Of a stretch of DNA of 36,381 bases, positions 1 to 8,462 are shown piece by piece. Location of the stretch: positions 1-36,381 of IMG/VR virus record IMGVR_UViG_3300030332_001196. One strand, written 5' to 3'. Numbering within the stretch: the first letter of the stretch is position 1; each line of letters starts with the position of its first letter. The stretch is from a virus (Duplodnaviria; Caudoviricetes). A model generated the notes under the pieces. It did not search any database. It saw only the letters and a program-made list of their open reading frames with translations, and had not been told where the DNA came from. A program made the position numbers and the translations under genes.

Positions 1-132
1 ACGAGGATAATAATCACAGTACAGCTATTGTAGAGTCTACACCCGGTTTGAATAACCCGCAGAAAATAAATTTTTTTGGTTGCGTAAATTATGCGCAAGC
101 ATGGCGAGAATCGCAATATCTAGCTGCACAGA
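1..132. repeat. Terminal direct repeat, left copy (circular assembly overlap)
   Basis: 1-132 equals 36250-36381 except A21 versus C36270; the reading frame is continuous across the join. Confidence 0.97.
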
Positions 133-893
133 TAGTAAAGCAACGTGTAACGGTTTCTTTCGCTACTGAGATGTCTGGTCATATACCTTTTTATGGGGAT
201 TTAATAAGCGTACATTATGACTTACCGTCATGGGGTCAAGGTGGCCAAGTTACGTGTAAATCAGGGACAACTATTACAACTTCACAGCCTTTAGATTGGA
301 CAGGGTCAGAGCCTTTCTATATGTCATTTATGCGGCCGGATGGGAGTTTATCGGGTCCACACACTGTTACACAAGGTTCTAATGATAAGCAAGCTATATT
401 AAGTTCAGATGTGACAGACTTCACGTTTATTACTACACTAAACAATCAGAACCTTACTATATATCAATTTGGTCCGTCCACTAACTGGAATAAACCTTGC
501 CTTGTTACCAGTGTTAAACCCCGTGGGGATAATGAGACAGTAAACATTACTTGTATTCCTTATGATGGCAGTATACACACGGCGGATCAAAGCACACCCC
601 CAAGTAAACCTAGTACAACCCCTACAGGAGACCCAACCCCACCGGGTATTGCCGGTTTAACTTTGTCTAATGTGCCTTTATCAGGTAGTGTTGTGGCCGT
701 TTGGAACCCTGAAAACAATATCACAAGTTATAAATATCAAAAATCAACGGATAACGTGACGTATACGGATGTTTCGACACCAACAACACCTACCGAAACT
801 ATATCAGCAACAGGAGTTCTTTACATTAGGGTGGCTTGTGTGGTAGGATCAACAGTAGGCACGTACACTCAAAGGGTCATCGTTGCCACTTAA
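1..893 (+). CDS. C-terminal part of the tail tip / host-specificity protein (TipJ, gpJ-like), continuing from 34071 across the circular junction
   Basis: Same frame as the open frame starting at 34071; the TTG at 48 is internal; ends in a Pro/Thr linker and an FN3-like domain. Confidence 0.9.
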   Translation, partial: EDNNHSTAIVESTPGLNNPQKINFFGCVNYAQAWRESQYLAAQIVKQRVTVSFATEMSGHIPFYGDLISVHYDLPSWGQGGQVTCKSGTTITTSQPLDWTGSEPFYMSFMRPDGSLSGPHTVTQGSNDKQAILSSDVTDFTFITTLNNQNLTIYQFGPSTNWNKPCLVTSVKPRGDNETVNITCIPYDGSIHTADQSTPPSKPSTTPTGDPTPPGIAGLTLSNVPLSGSVVAVWNPENNITSYKYQKSTDNVTYTDVSTPTTPTETISATGVLYIRVACVVGSTVGTYTQRVIVAT

Positions 894-945
894 AACCACA
901 ATGTTACTTCTACTAAGAGAAAAAGTAACGTAAAAGTAACAAGTT
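894..945 (-). repeat. 52-bp repeat, inverted partner of 4726-4777 (contains 42-bp element copy 1)
   Basis: 49/52 identity to the reverse complement of 4726-4777. Confidence 0.93.
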
Positions 946-952
946 ATCCACA
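944..952 (+). promoter_or_regulatory. DnaA box TTATCCACA
   Basis: Perfect consensus 9-mer. Confidence 0.65.
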
Positions 953-977
953 AGTAAAACGAAACTAAAATAAAGAG

Positions 978-986
978 TTATCCACA
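978..986 (+). promoter_or_regulatory. DnaA box TTATCCACA
   Basis: Perfect consensus 9-mer, same orientation, starting 34 bp after the first. Confidence 0.65.
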
Positions 987-1180
987 GAAATGTTACCCGT
1001 TACCTCCCAAAATATTTTCACTGAATATATTGAAATAGGCCATTCGAGCGTAAATATAGTATGGAGCGTATAAAAACGTGGTTTTTTGGTACACAAATAT
1101 ATTTTAGAGGTAACAAGTAACATATTGTGAAATATATACTAAATGATGTATTATTTACACTCGAAACACAGAAAATTCAA

Positions 1181-1222
1181 ATGTTACTTTTACGTTACTT
1201 TTACTATAAGCAGAAGTAACAT
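1181..1222 (+). repeat. 42-bp tripartite GTTAC/GTAAC element, copy 2
   Basis: ATGTTACTTTTACGTTACTTTTACTATAAGCAGAAGTAACAT; same spacing as the other four copies. Confidence 0.9.
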
Positions 1223-1320
1223 ATGGCTATAAAATGTTACTTTTACTATTTAAGTGGAGCTATATTATATGTGTATTAATTACTTCTTAATTACTTTTCC
1301 ATAATAAGAGTTTTAAGGTG

Positions 1321-1349
1321 TTGCGAGGTTTTATAAATTGATGTACTAT
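1321..1349 (+). promoter_or_regulatory. Sigma70-type promoter for the primase
   Basis: TTGCGA-17 bp-TACTAT, followed by a GAGAGGAGG SD and TTG start at 1380. Confidence 0.6.
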
Positions 1350-1379
1350 ACGTAAAGAGATTGAGAGAGGAGGCTAACA

Positions 1380-2969
1380 TTGATAGATAGAGATGATTTG
1401 CAGGGATTTATCGCGTTATTTAAGGGTAATCCAAAGGCATATGGTGTTTATGACAATAGTACCACCCGAGCTAAAACAGTGTGTGGTAAGTATGACGATA
1501 GTGTTTTTCAAGGTCACTTAAACGGTAAAATGGGGTTAGGTACTATCCCATTACTAGACATAAACACCAGCAGATACGGTTGTTTAGATTTTGACAACCA
1601 CAAAAAAATAGATGGTGTTGATCTAATAGCATTATCCGAAAAAATAGACAGGTTGGGACTTCCCTTAGTGGTGTGTCGATCAAGATCAGGAGGGGCGCAC
1701 GCTTTTTTATTTGGTAGTGAGCCTTTAAACACTGGCATTTTACGCCGTACATTACGTATGTTTGCGGATAAGTTAACTGGATTTGGTGAAGAAGAGATTG
1801 AGATTTTCCCGAAACAAGATAGATTAGAAGCAGGTAAAGTTGGTAATTGGCTTAACTTACCTTATTTTAACGCTAACGAGACAAATAGATACGCTATAAG
1901 TCAAGGTAAACAATTATCATTGAAAGGCTTTTTAAATTTCGCAGATAGTCGAAAGATTGACAATAAATATATGGTACAGTTGGGAACAGAGATGCATGAT
2001 CAAGCCCCCCCATGTGTACAGTCGCTTATAAAAACGTTACTAGACGAAGGGGGCCGGAATATAGCACTATTCAACTATTGTGTATATGTAAAAAAAGCAT
2101 TTCCCGATTCCTGGAAAGATCAAGCCTATGATTATAACGCTAAGAATTTTAAAGAGCCTTTGACTCATGACGAGGCAGCAAGTGTCATTAAAAGTGTAGA
2201 GGCCAAAGAATATAGATATAAGTGTAGTGAGGAGCCGTGTAAGTCAAGGTGTAATAGCAGTAAATGTGTGGTACTTAAATATGGTATAACACCCGCAGAA
2301 AAAAACGAACTTGTAATGACAACATTACCGCAGTTTGGAAGGTTGCGTAAGTATGTTACTGATCCAGTTCGATATGAACTTGCAATGAATGGTACGACGT
2401 TAACAATGTCCACAAGTGAAATACTAGATTTTAGGCTGTTTAAAAAAGTTGTTTTTGAGAAGTTGGACATGGTTTTAAAACCGATTAAAGGTGATGTTTG
2501 GTTAAATATATTAGAGGGGCTAATAGAGAATATTGAACTTGTTGACGTACCTGACGATGTAAGCGTAGACGGTATCATCAGAGCCTGCTTACTTGAATAT
2601 TTAAGGCGAGCGAATTTAAAGGATAGCGGCAAAGATATAGAAAGTAGAAAATTAGTAAATACAGGCCGGCCAGTGGTACAGCGAATTAAAAATCAAAGAT
2701 ATGTTCTTTTTAAGGGTATTGATTTCAGGAAATACATCCAAAGCAAAAAAATAGGTAATGTAGTAGCTAGTAATATCTTTTTCGCCATACGGCCATTAGG
2801 TGTGGACACCATGAAAATACGTGTGGATAAACGTACCGTGCATGTGTGGGGTATACCTTTGCAGGGGGAGACGGACGAATTTAGCATTAATGCTAATAGG
2901 GTACCTGATGTAGACATAGATAATTTACCGAGTATAAGCGAAATGAGACAATTTAAACCGGAGTTTTAA
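1380..2969 (+). CDS. DNA primase (AEP-like catalytic domain plus PriCT-like domain)
   Basis: CLDFD (DxD), RSRSGGAH (SxxGxH), LNLPY, then PPC...GGRNIALF and a Cys cluster; first gene of the replication module. Confidence 0.8.
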   Translation: MIDRDDLQGFIALFKGNPKAYGVYDNSTTRAKTVCGKYDDSVFQGHLNGKMGLGTIPLLDINTSRYGCLDFDNHKKIDGVDLIALSEKIDRLGLPLVVCRSRSGGAHAFLFGSEPLNTGILRRTLRMFADKLTGFGEEEIEIFPKQDRLEAGKVGNWLNLPYFNANETNRYAISQGKQLSLKGFLNFADSRKIDNKYMVQLGTEMHDQAPPCVQSLIKTLLDEGGRNIALFNYCVYVKKAFPDSWKDQAYDYNAKNFKEPLTHDEAASVIKSVEAKEYRYKCSEEPCKSRCNSSKCVVLKYGITPAEKNELVMTTLPQFGRLRKYVTDPVRYELAMNGTTLTMSTSEILDFRLFKKVVFEKLDMVLKPIKGDVWLNILEGLIENIELVDVPDDVSVDGIIRACLLEYLRRANLKDSGKDIESRKLVNTGRPVVQRIKNQRYVLFKGIDFRKYIQSKKIGNVVASNIFFAIRPLGVDTMKIRVDKRTVHVWGIPLQGETDEFSINANRVPDVDIDNLPSISEMRQFKPEF

Positions 2970-2971
2970 AA

Positions 2972-4723
2972 ATGAGAATAAAATATCAAGGTGAAACAAA
3001 CACATTACATATTGATACAAAAATACACGAAAATGAGTATGTTAGAAAATTACCAAACCGCCGCTGGTCGAATAGGTATAAGGCTTGGATAGCACCTTGC
3101 ACACGTTTAAATGCCCGTTTGATATTAGATGAATGGGAACATATACAGAATTTAAATATGGACGTTGAAACGAAAAATAAGATACAGCAAGCAGGAGAAG
3201 GAATCGAAATAAATAGATTACCTTTCCCGGTTAATTATAATTTTAAATATAAGCCATATGCCCATCAAATAAGAGCATTAGATTACATATACGGTTTAAG
3301 GTATTCAGCTTTACACGTTGAAATGGGGTTGGGCAAAACAAAAATAGCTATAGATAAAGCATTTTGTCATTATCAAGAGGGTGGTATTGATATAATGGTG
3401 GTAGCATGTCCGTGCAGCATACGTACTACATGGGAGGTTGCTATACATGAACATGCACCGATAGACAACTTCGTAATTGTCAGTGCAGAACTTAAAACAA
3501 GTCAAAATAAGAAAGATGTAAAAAACTTAATCCACACAAAAACAGAAGCACTAAAAATTTTAATAGTGGGGATAGAATCATTATCACGTGAAAGTGGAGA
3601 AGCGTATCAATATGTTAATAATTTACTTAATCAGGGTGAATCAATGTTTATTGTGGACGAGGCGCACATGATTAAAAATTCAGAAGCACTACGAACTAAA
3701 AATCATATTAATATAGGTCAAAAGGCAAAATACAGATTAACGATGACAGGTACCCCCATATCGCAAGGGATATTAGACTTGTACGGACAAATGCAATTTT
3801 TATCTAGTGATATTTTAGGTGTAGGCGACTTTTATAGTTTTAAGCGAAGGTACGCGATTGAGGAAGAACATAATTATCACATAGGGCGTACTTTTAAAAA
3901 GGTGGTCGGATATCAGAATGTAGATGAACTTATGGACACAATCAAACCGTTTGTATTTACATGCACTAAAGCGGAAGCGTTAGACTTACCCAGTAAAGTA
4001 TATACCAAAAGATATGTTGAATTGAGCAAAGATCAAGCACAAGTTTACAAAAAATTAAAACAGGATAGATATGTTGAAATACAAGATATAACTGTCGATG
4101 TTGAGAATGTCTTAGCGCAATATACAGCGTTACAACGTGTTGCTGGGGGCTATATATCAGTAGGCACAGGGGAATACGGCACAGATGGTATTGAAAAACG
4201 AGAGTTAAAAAATGTGGTTAAGTCAACCAATAACCCTAAACTAAAAGAGCTAAAAGAGATAATTAACGATCTACCTGATAACGAACAACTTATTATATGG
4301 GCAAGGTTTAGGTCAGAAGTTCGTGATATAGCTAAAGAGCTGGAAGGTCATAAAACGGATAAATTTAAAAAATCAAGTGTTATTTTTGTAGATGGTGATG
4401 ATCAGAGCAGAAAACAGAGTATTGCCGATATTGACAATAAAGTTGCACGATATTTCATTTCCACACAAATGAGCGGGGGAGTAGGCTTAACACTAAATAC
4501 AGTTAATTGTGTTGTGTATTACAGTAATACATTTAGCTATCTCCATCGGGTGCAGTCTGAGGACAGGAACCATCGTATAGGCCAGAATAGATCAGTTAGT
4601 TATATTGATATAGTGGCTAAGGCTACAGTGGATGAAGAGATATTATCATGTTTATCAGATAAAAAAGATTTAGCGGATTATGTGACGGAGTGTTTACAGC
4701 ACAATAAAAAAAGTATAATATAA
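2972..4723 (+). CDS. SNF2-family (SF2) DNA helicase
   Basis: EMGLGKT, DEAH, TGTP, GGVGLTL, QSEDRNHRIGQ motifs. Confidence 0.93.
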   Translation: MRIKYQGETNTLHIDTKIHENEYVRKLPNRRWSNRYKAWIAPCTRLNARLILDEWEHIQNLNMDVETKNKIQQAGEGIEINRLPFPVNYNFKYKPYAHQIRALDYIYGLRYSALHVEMGLGKTKIAIDKAFCHYQEGGIDIMVVACPCSIRTTWEVAIHEHAPIDNFVIVSAELKTSQNKKDVKNLIHTKTEALKILIVGIESLSRESGEAYQYVNNLLNQGESMFIVDEAHMIKNSEALRTKNHINIGQKAKYRLTMTGTPISQGILDLYGQMQFLSSDILGVGDFYSFKRRYAIEEEHNYHIGRTFKKVVGYQNVDELMDTIKPFVFTCTKAEALDLPSKVYTKRYVELSKDQAQVYKKLKQDRYVEIQDITVDVENVLAQYTALQRVAGGYISVGTGEYGTDGIEKRELKNVVKSTNNPKLKELKEIINDLPDNEQLIIWARFRSEVRDIAKELEGHKTDKFKKSSVIFVDGDDQSRKQSIADIDNKVARYFISTQMSGGVGLTLNTVNCVVYYSNTFSYLHRVQSEDRNHRIGQNRSVSYIDIVAKATVDEEILSCLSDKKDLADYVTECLQHNKKSII

Positions 4724-4725
4724 GG

Positions 4726-4777
4726 AACTTGTTACATTTGCGTTACTTTTTCGCTTAGTAGAAGTAACATTGTGGTT
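4726..4777 (+). repeat. 52-bp repeat, inverted partner of 894-945 (contains 42-bp element copy 3)
   Basis: Fills the gap between the helicase stop and the next SD. Confidence 0.93.
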
Positions 4778-4790
4778 GAGAGAGGATAGT

Positions 4791-5108
4791 ATGAATAAAT
4801 CAATAGTATATATCACACAGGACAATAATAAGAATTACACACAAGCGCACCGGTTTGGTGAACCAAGGTTTGTCACCAAAGGGGAATATTCAAGTATAAA
4901 TAATTCAAAGCAAAACACACTAATACATGAGGACATTAAGGTTATGGCAATCAATTTCAATAGTAACACTGATTATCTATTGTTGAGTGGTGATCCTATT
5001 GTTATATCGCTATGCGTCCATGCTATTTTATCGGAGCAAGGTTATATCCGAGTCCTAAAGTGGTCATCCCAAGATAGACAATATGCACCAATTGTAATAA
5101 ACACTTGA
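4791..5108 (+). CDS. Conserved phage hypothetical protein (replication module)
   Basis: GAGAGAGGA SD before ATG 4791, preferred over TTG 4770; DYLLLSGDP motif. Confidence 0.75.
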   Translation: MNKSIVYITQDNNKNYTQAHRFGEPRFVTKGEYSSINNSKQNTLIHEDIKVMAINFNSNTDYLLLSGDPIVISLCVHAILSEQGYIRVLKWSSQDRQYAPIVINT

Positions 5109-5167
5109 CAGCTGAAAGGGGAAGGGGTATAATATTAGTATCTTAATTAGAGAGGAGAGAGGAGAGA
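5105..5167 (+). promoter_or_regulatory. Repeated promoter+RBS cassette, copy 1
   Basis: TTGACA-17-TATAAT then ATTAGTATCTTAATTAGAGAGGAGAGA; the TGA in the -35 box is the upstream stop codon. Confidence 0.9.
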
Positions 5168-5174
5168 TGATAAA

Positions 5175-5696
5175 ATGAATAATATGAAAAATACCGTTAC
5201 TGATTTTTCGGAGGGGGTTACTTTTCTAGGTGCTAGGCTTAACGATATGTTGCGCACGTTATCTAAAGATTATATAGAAAAGCTAAATATACAAAACCTA
5301 GTAGCATTACAAGACTTGATTAAGCAAGATATAGAGTCTATTAAATTGATTGAAAGTAGCGTCGTTAAAGTATACGAGTATTTGCGTAAGGGTAAAGTGC
5401 CTGAATTAATGCTTGAAGAGGACATCCAAGCGATGTCAGTTAAAGGTGTGGGCCGTGTGTCCTTAATTGGTGATATTTACGCATCAATTAAAAATGATAA
5501 AAAATCAGAAGTTTTTGAATGGTTAGATGATAACGGTCACGGCGCATTGATACAGAGGACCGTACATACAGCTACCTTAAAGAAACTTCTGAAAGATAAA
5601 ATAAAAGGAGGTGAAAAAGTACCCGATGAACTGTTTAATTTGACACCATACACATACAGTAAAATAGTAAGTGATAGAAAAACAATAAATAAATAA
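5175..5696 (+). CDS. Conserved phage hypothetical protein (coiled-coil N-terminus)
   Basis: 173-aa ORF with strong SD; FEWLDDNGHGALIQRTVH motif typical of genes preceding phage SSB-like genes. Confidence 0.75.
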   Translation: MNNMKNTVTDFSEGVTFLGARLNDMLRTLSKDYIEKLNIQNLVALQDLIKQDIESIKLIESSVVKVYEYLRKGKVPELMLEEDIQAMSVKGVGRVSLIGDIYASIKNDKKSEVFEWLDDNGHGALIQRTVHTATLKKLLKDKIKGGEKVPDELFNLTPYTYSKIVSDRKTINK

Positions 5697-5711
5697 AAAG
5701 GATAAAATAAA

Positions 5712-6464
5712 ATGACAAAAGAAAATAAAGAGTTAACAGTAGTATCAACACAAGTCCCTGATTATCTTAAATGTAAACTGGAAGATAAACGTGGTAATGA
5801 AAATGTATCAATGGATGAGATGACAGTACCTCGATTAGAGATAGTACAGTCGTTATCTGCTTGCCGTCAAAAAACCGATTCAGAGTATATCGAAGGTGCC
5901 GATGAAGGTATGTTGTATAACAACGTTACCCGTGAACTATACGGTGAAGATGTCCACATTGTTTTTGGTGGCTTTGAGGTGAAATATCTAGTATGGGGGG
6001 ACCGTAAAAAGGGCGGTGGTTTTTTTGGGGCATACGACAGTTTAGCTGCAGCGAATACAGCTATTGATGAGTTAGGAGAGGAGGCCAAAGCTAAAGGACC
6101 TGATGTACATAAAACACATCAACATTACGGGTTTATTTTAGATAAAAAAACAGGACTAGGGCAACCAATTAGCATATCTATGGCGAAAACTAAAGAAAAA
6201 GTGTCGCGGCGTTTAAATTCTGTTATCAGTATGCAACGTGGTGCAAGGTTTTCAAGAGTATTCAGACTATTTACCGTGCAGGAACAAAATGGAAGGGGTG
6301 ACGCTTATTATAACTATAGTTTTGAGCCAGTTGGTTATCCATCTGAAAAAATCTATTTAGAAGCTGAAAAAATATATAATATGTCTAAGGCAGGCGATTT
6401 AAAGGTGAATGAGGATTTTGATGCTGTACATGAGGACACAAAAGAGGTTAAAACAGAGTACTAA
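5712..6464 (+). CDS. Putative single-stranded DNA-binding protein
   Basis: GNENV...PRLEIVQSLS N-terminus, acidic C-terminal tail, position in the replication module. Confidence 0.55.
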   Translation: MTKENKELTVVSTQVPDYLKCKLEDKRGNENVSMDEMTVPRLEIVQSLSACRQKTDSEYIEGADEGMLYNNVTRELYGEDVHIVFGGFEVKYLVWGDRKKGGGFFGAYDSLAAANTAIDELGEEAKAKGPDVHKTHQHYGFILDKKTGLGQPISISMAKTKEKVSRRLNSVISMQRGARFSRVFRLFTVQEQNGRGDAYYNYSFEPVGYPSEKIYLEAEKIYNMSKAGDLKVNEDFDAVHEDTKEVKTEY

Positions 6465-6476
6465 TTTAAATTAAAA

Positions 6477-6515
6477 AACTCCCCACATTCAATTAGGGTG
6501 TGGGGGGGAGGAGTT
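6477..6515. terminator. GC-rich hairpin; possible minus-strand terminator or SD-occluding structure
   Basis: CCCCACATTC-AATTA-GGGTGTGGGG; A-tract on the left only; AACTCC can pair with GGAGTT covering the SD of the next ORF. Confidence 0.5.
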
Positions 6516-6518
6516 AAC

Positions 6519-6635
6519 ATGATAGATATTGATTGGGATTTAGAATGGGAGATTTATATACTCATAAAAAGAACATTTGATCTTCTTCATGGGGATATTA
6601 ATAGAACAGAACAGTTACCCCTCGATATAGATTAG
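6519..6635 (+). CDS. 38-aa acidic peptide MIDIDWDLEWEIYILIKRTFDLLHGDINRTEQLPLDID
   Basis: GGAGGAG SD; fills the intergenic gap; below the ORF-track cutoff. Confidence 0.6.
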   Translation: MIDIDWDLEWEIYILIKRTFDLLHGDINRTEQLPLDID

Positions 6636-6648
6636 AATGTGTTAAGAG

Positions 6649-8100
6649 ATGAGAGAGACACACTTGATATACGGTCCGCCGGGGACGGGCAAAAGCACTG
6701 AGATTGTATATCGATTAAACAAATACCTTAAAAAAGGGATTGATAAAAACAAGATAGGGCTATGTTCATACACTAAAGCAGCCGCACAGGTTTTAGTCAG
6801 TAAAACCGGCTTTATAAGTAAATACATAGGCACTATACACAGCCTTGCATTTAAGCAGGTGGGGTGTACCAAAGCGCAGACTGTCACAAAAACAAAATTA
6901 AAAGCATTTTCTGATATAGTGGGTATAGATTTTACAGGGTGTGACCCTGATGAGACAGACAACGAGTTGCATAATGGTGATTACTATATGTATTTATATG
7001 GATTGCACCAAGCACGCCTAGCGGAAGATATAGAAGAGACCTATCAAAAATCGGACATGTTAGGTGATCGGGAGGAGTTTTTATATTTTGTAGATAGTTA
7101 TGTAACTTGGAAAAAAGAAAACGGGCACATTGATTATAATGATATGTTGAATTTAGCGTTAAGTGTATCTGCACCTGATTTAGAGGTATTATTTATAGAC
7201 GAGGCTCAAGACCTAAGTCCGCTACAGTGGCGACTTATAGAATACTGGATGCAACATATTGAACATATACATATTGCGGGTGACGATGATCAAGCAATAT
7301 ACGAGTGGGCGGGGGCGAACCCAACCGGAATGTTAGAATTTGAGAATAAATACAAACCTAACACTATTATTTTAGATAAGTCTCACAGAGTACCTAAAAA
7401 GGTACACGCTAAAGCAATTAATATAGTGAATGACATTGTGGGTAGGGCAAACAAGATATATAGTCCCCTTGATACTATAGGGACACTAGATTATTACAGT
7501 GATATTGAAGAAATACCGAACCTTGATAATAAAAAAGATATCTTGATATTGTACCGGAATCACAATATGAGGGAGTTACCGGAAGATTATCTCATGGATA
7601 GGGGATTACCTTATCACACGGATAATGGCAGACCGGGACCGCTACAGAACATATATTATAAAGCTATTCAATTGTTTATTGAGATCAAGCAGATCATAAA
7701 TCGTGAGATTGAATTAAAAGATAAGGAATGGAAATTATTAAAACGCACCTTACACGAAAATTTAGCTATTGATATAGAATCTAAATTGCATGATATCCTA
7801 AAATTGGATTGGAAAGATGCGTTATATATCCCGGATAAGTTTTTAGCTTATTATAGTGCGATTGAAAATAACTATAATATTGCAGATATTGAACCTAACA
7901 TTCATTTAAGTTCGATACACGGTGCAAAAGGTAAAGAGGCCGATTGTGTTATTCTATACAATGGCATGGGCGAAAGAGCCGCAGACGCTTATTATCAAGG
8001 CGAGACGTGCGCTGAAAAACGTGTTTTTTATGTCGGAGTTACCCGCTCTAAAAATGAATTGTGTATTATACAGGGTGATAATGGATTAGATATAATATAG
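6649..8100 (+). CDS. UvrD/REP-like SF1 helicase
   Basis: GPPGTGKS, DEAQD, GDDDQAIY, IHGAKGKE, YVGVTRSK. Confidence 0.92.
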   Translation: MRETHLIYGPPGTGKSTEIVYRLNKYLKKGIDKNKIGLCSYTKAAAQVLVSKTGFISKYIGTIHSLAFKQVGCTKAQTVTKTKLKAFSDIVGIDFTGCDPDETDNELHNGDYYMYLYGLHQARLAEDIEETYQKSDMLGDREEFLYFVDSYVTWKKENGHIDYNDMLNLALSVSAPDLEVLFIDEAQDLSPLQWRLIEYWMQHIEHIHIAGDDDQAIYEWAGANPTGMLEFENKYKPNTIILDKSHRVPKKVHAKAINIVNDIVGRANKIYSPLDTIGTLDYYSDIEEIPNLDNKKDILILYRNHNMRELPEDYLMDRGLPYHTDNGRPGPLQNIYYKAIQLFIEIKQIINREIELKDKEWKLLKRTLHENLAIDIESKLHDILKLDWKDALYIPDKFLAYYSAIENNYNIADIEPNIHLSSIHGAKGKEADCVILYNGMGERAADAYYQGETCAEKRVFYVGVTRSKNELCIIQGDNGLDII

Positions 8101-8102
8101 TG

Positions 8103-8156
8103 TTGACAACTAAAGGGGGAAGGGGTATAATGGTGTTATCTAATAGAGAGGAGAGA
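8103..8156 (+). promoter_or_regulatory. Repeated promoter+RBS cassette, copy 2
   Basis: TTGACAACTAAAGGGGGAAGGGGTATAAT, 2 bp after the helicase TAG. Confidence 0.92.
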
Positions 8157-8161
8157 TTAAC

Positions 8162-8344
8162 ATGATTTACAAAAATTACGAAGAGTTTAGCCTAAGAGAA
8201 AAGCAAAAGCAAAGGCAAAACGGTTGTACGCAAAAGTTTTCAGATAAATATTTCAATGGTGATTTAGATAAATTTATATTATCAAACAAAAAAAATGAAG
8301 GGTGTTTTAATTGCTATGATTGCAGGGTTTGCGGGGTATATTAA
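8162..8344 (+). CDS. Small hypothetical protein with C-terminal CxxCxxCxxC
   Basis: Directly behind cassette 2; ends CFNCYDCRVCGVY. Confidence 0.65.
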   Translation: MIYKNYEEFSLREKQKQRQNGCTQKFSDKYFNGDLDKFILSNKKNEGCFNCYDCRVCGVY

Positions 8345-8345
8345 C

Positions 8346-8462
8346 ATGATTTTTTTAGATTACATTAATAGTTTAGATATTCACGTTTTAACATGGTGCG
8401 TTTTGTTTTTAATTGGGTTATTAGGTCCTACATTAATATACATGATTTTAAGTGATAAATAG
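8346..8462 (+). CDS. 38-aa single-TM peptide MIFLDYINSLDIHVLTWCVLFLIGLLGPTLIYMILSDK
   Basis: Fills the gap before polA; one hydrophobic helix. Confidence 0.5.
   Translation: MIFLDYINSLDIHVLTWCVLFLIGLLGPTLIYMILSDK

Larger units (their letters stand above)
894..1320. other. Putative replication origin
   Basis: AT-rich non-coding region upstream of the primase; nested inverted GTTAC/GTAAC repeats (901-941 with 1182-1222; 991-1006 with 1107-1122); two DnaA boxes. Confidence 0.65.

Noticed and set aside
894-4777. Transposon defined by the 52-bp inverted repeats
   Set aside because: No transposase and no target-site duplication; kept only as a structural observation
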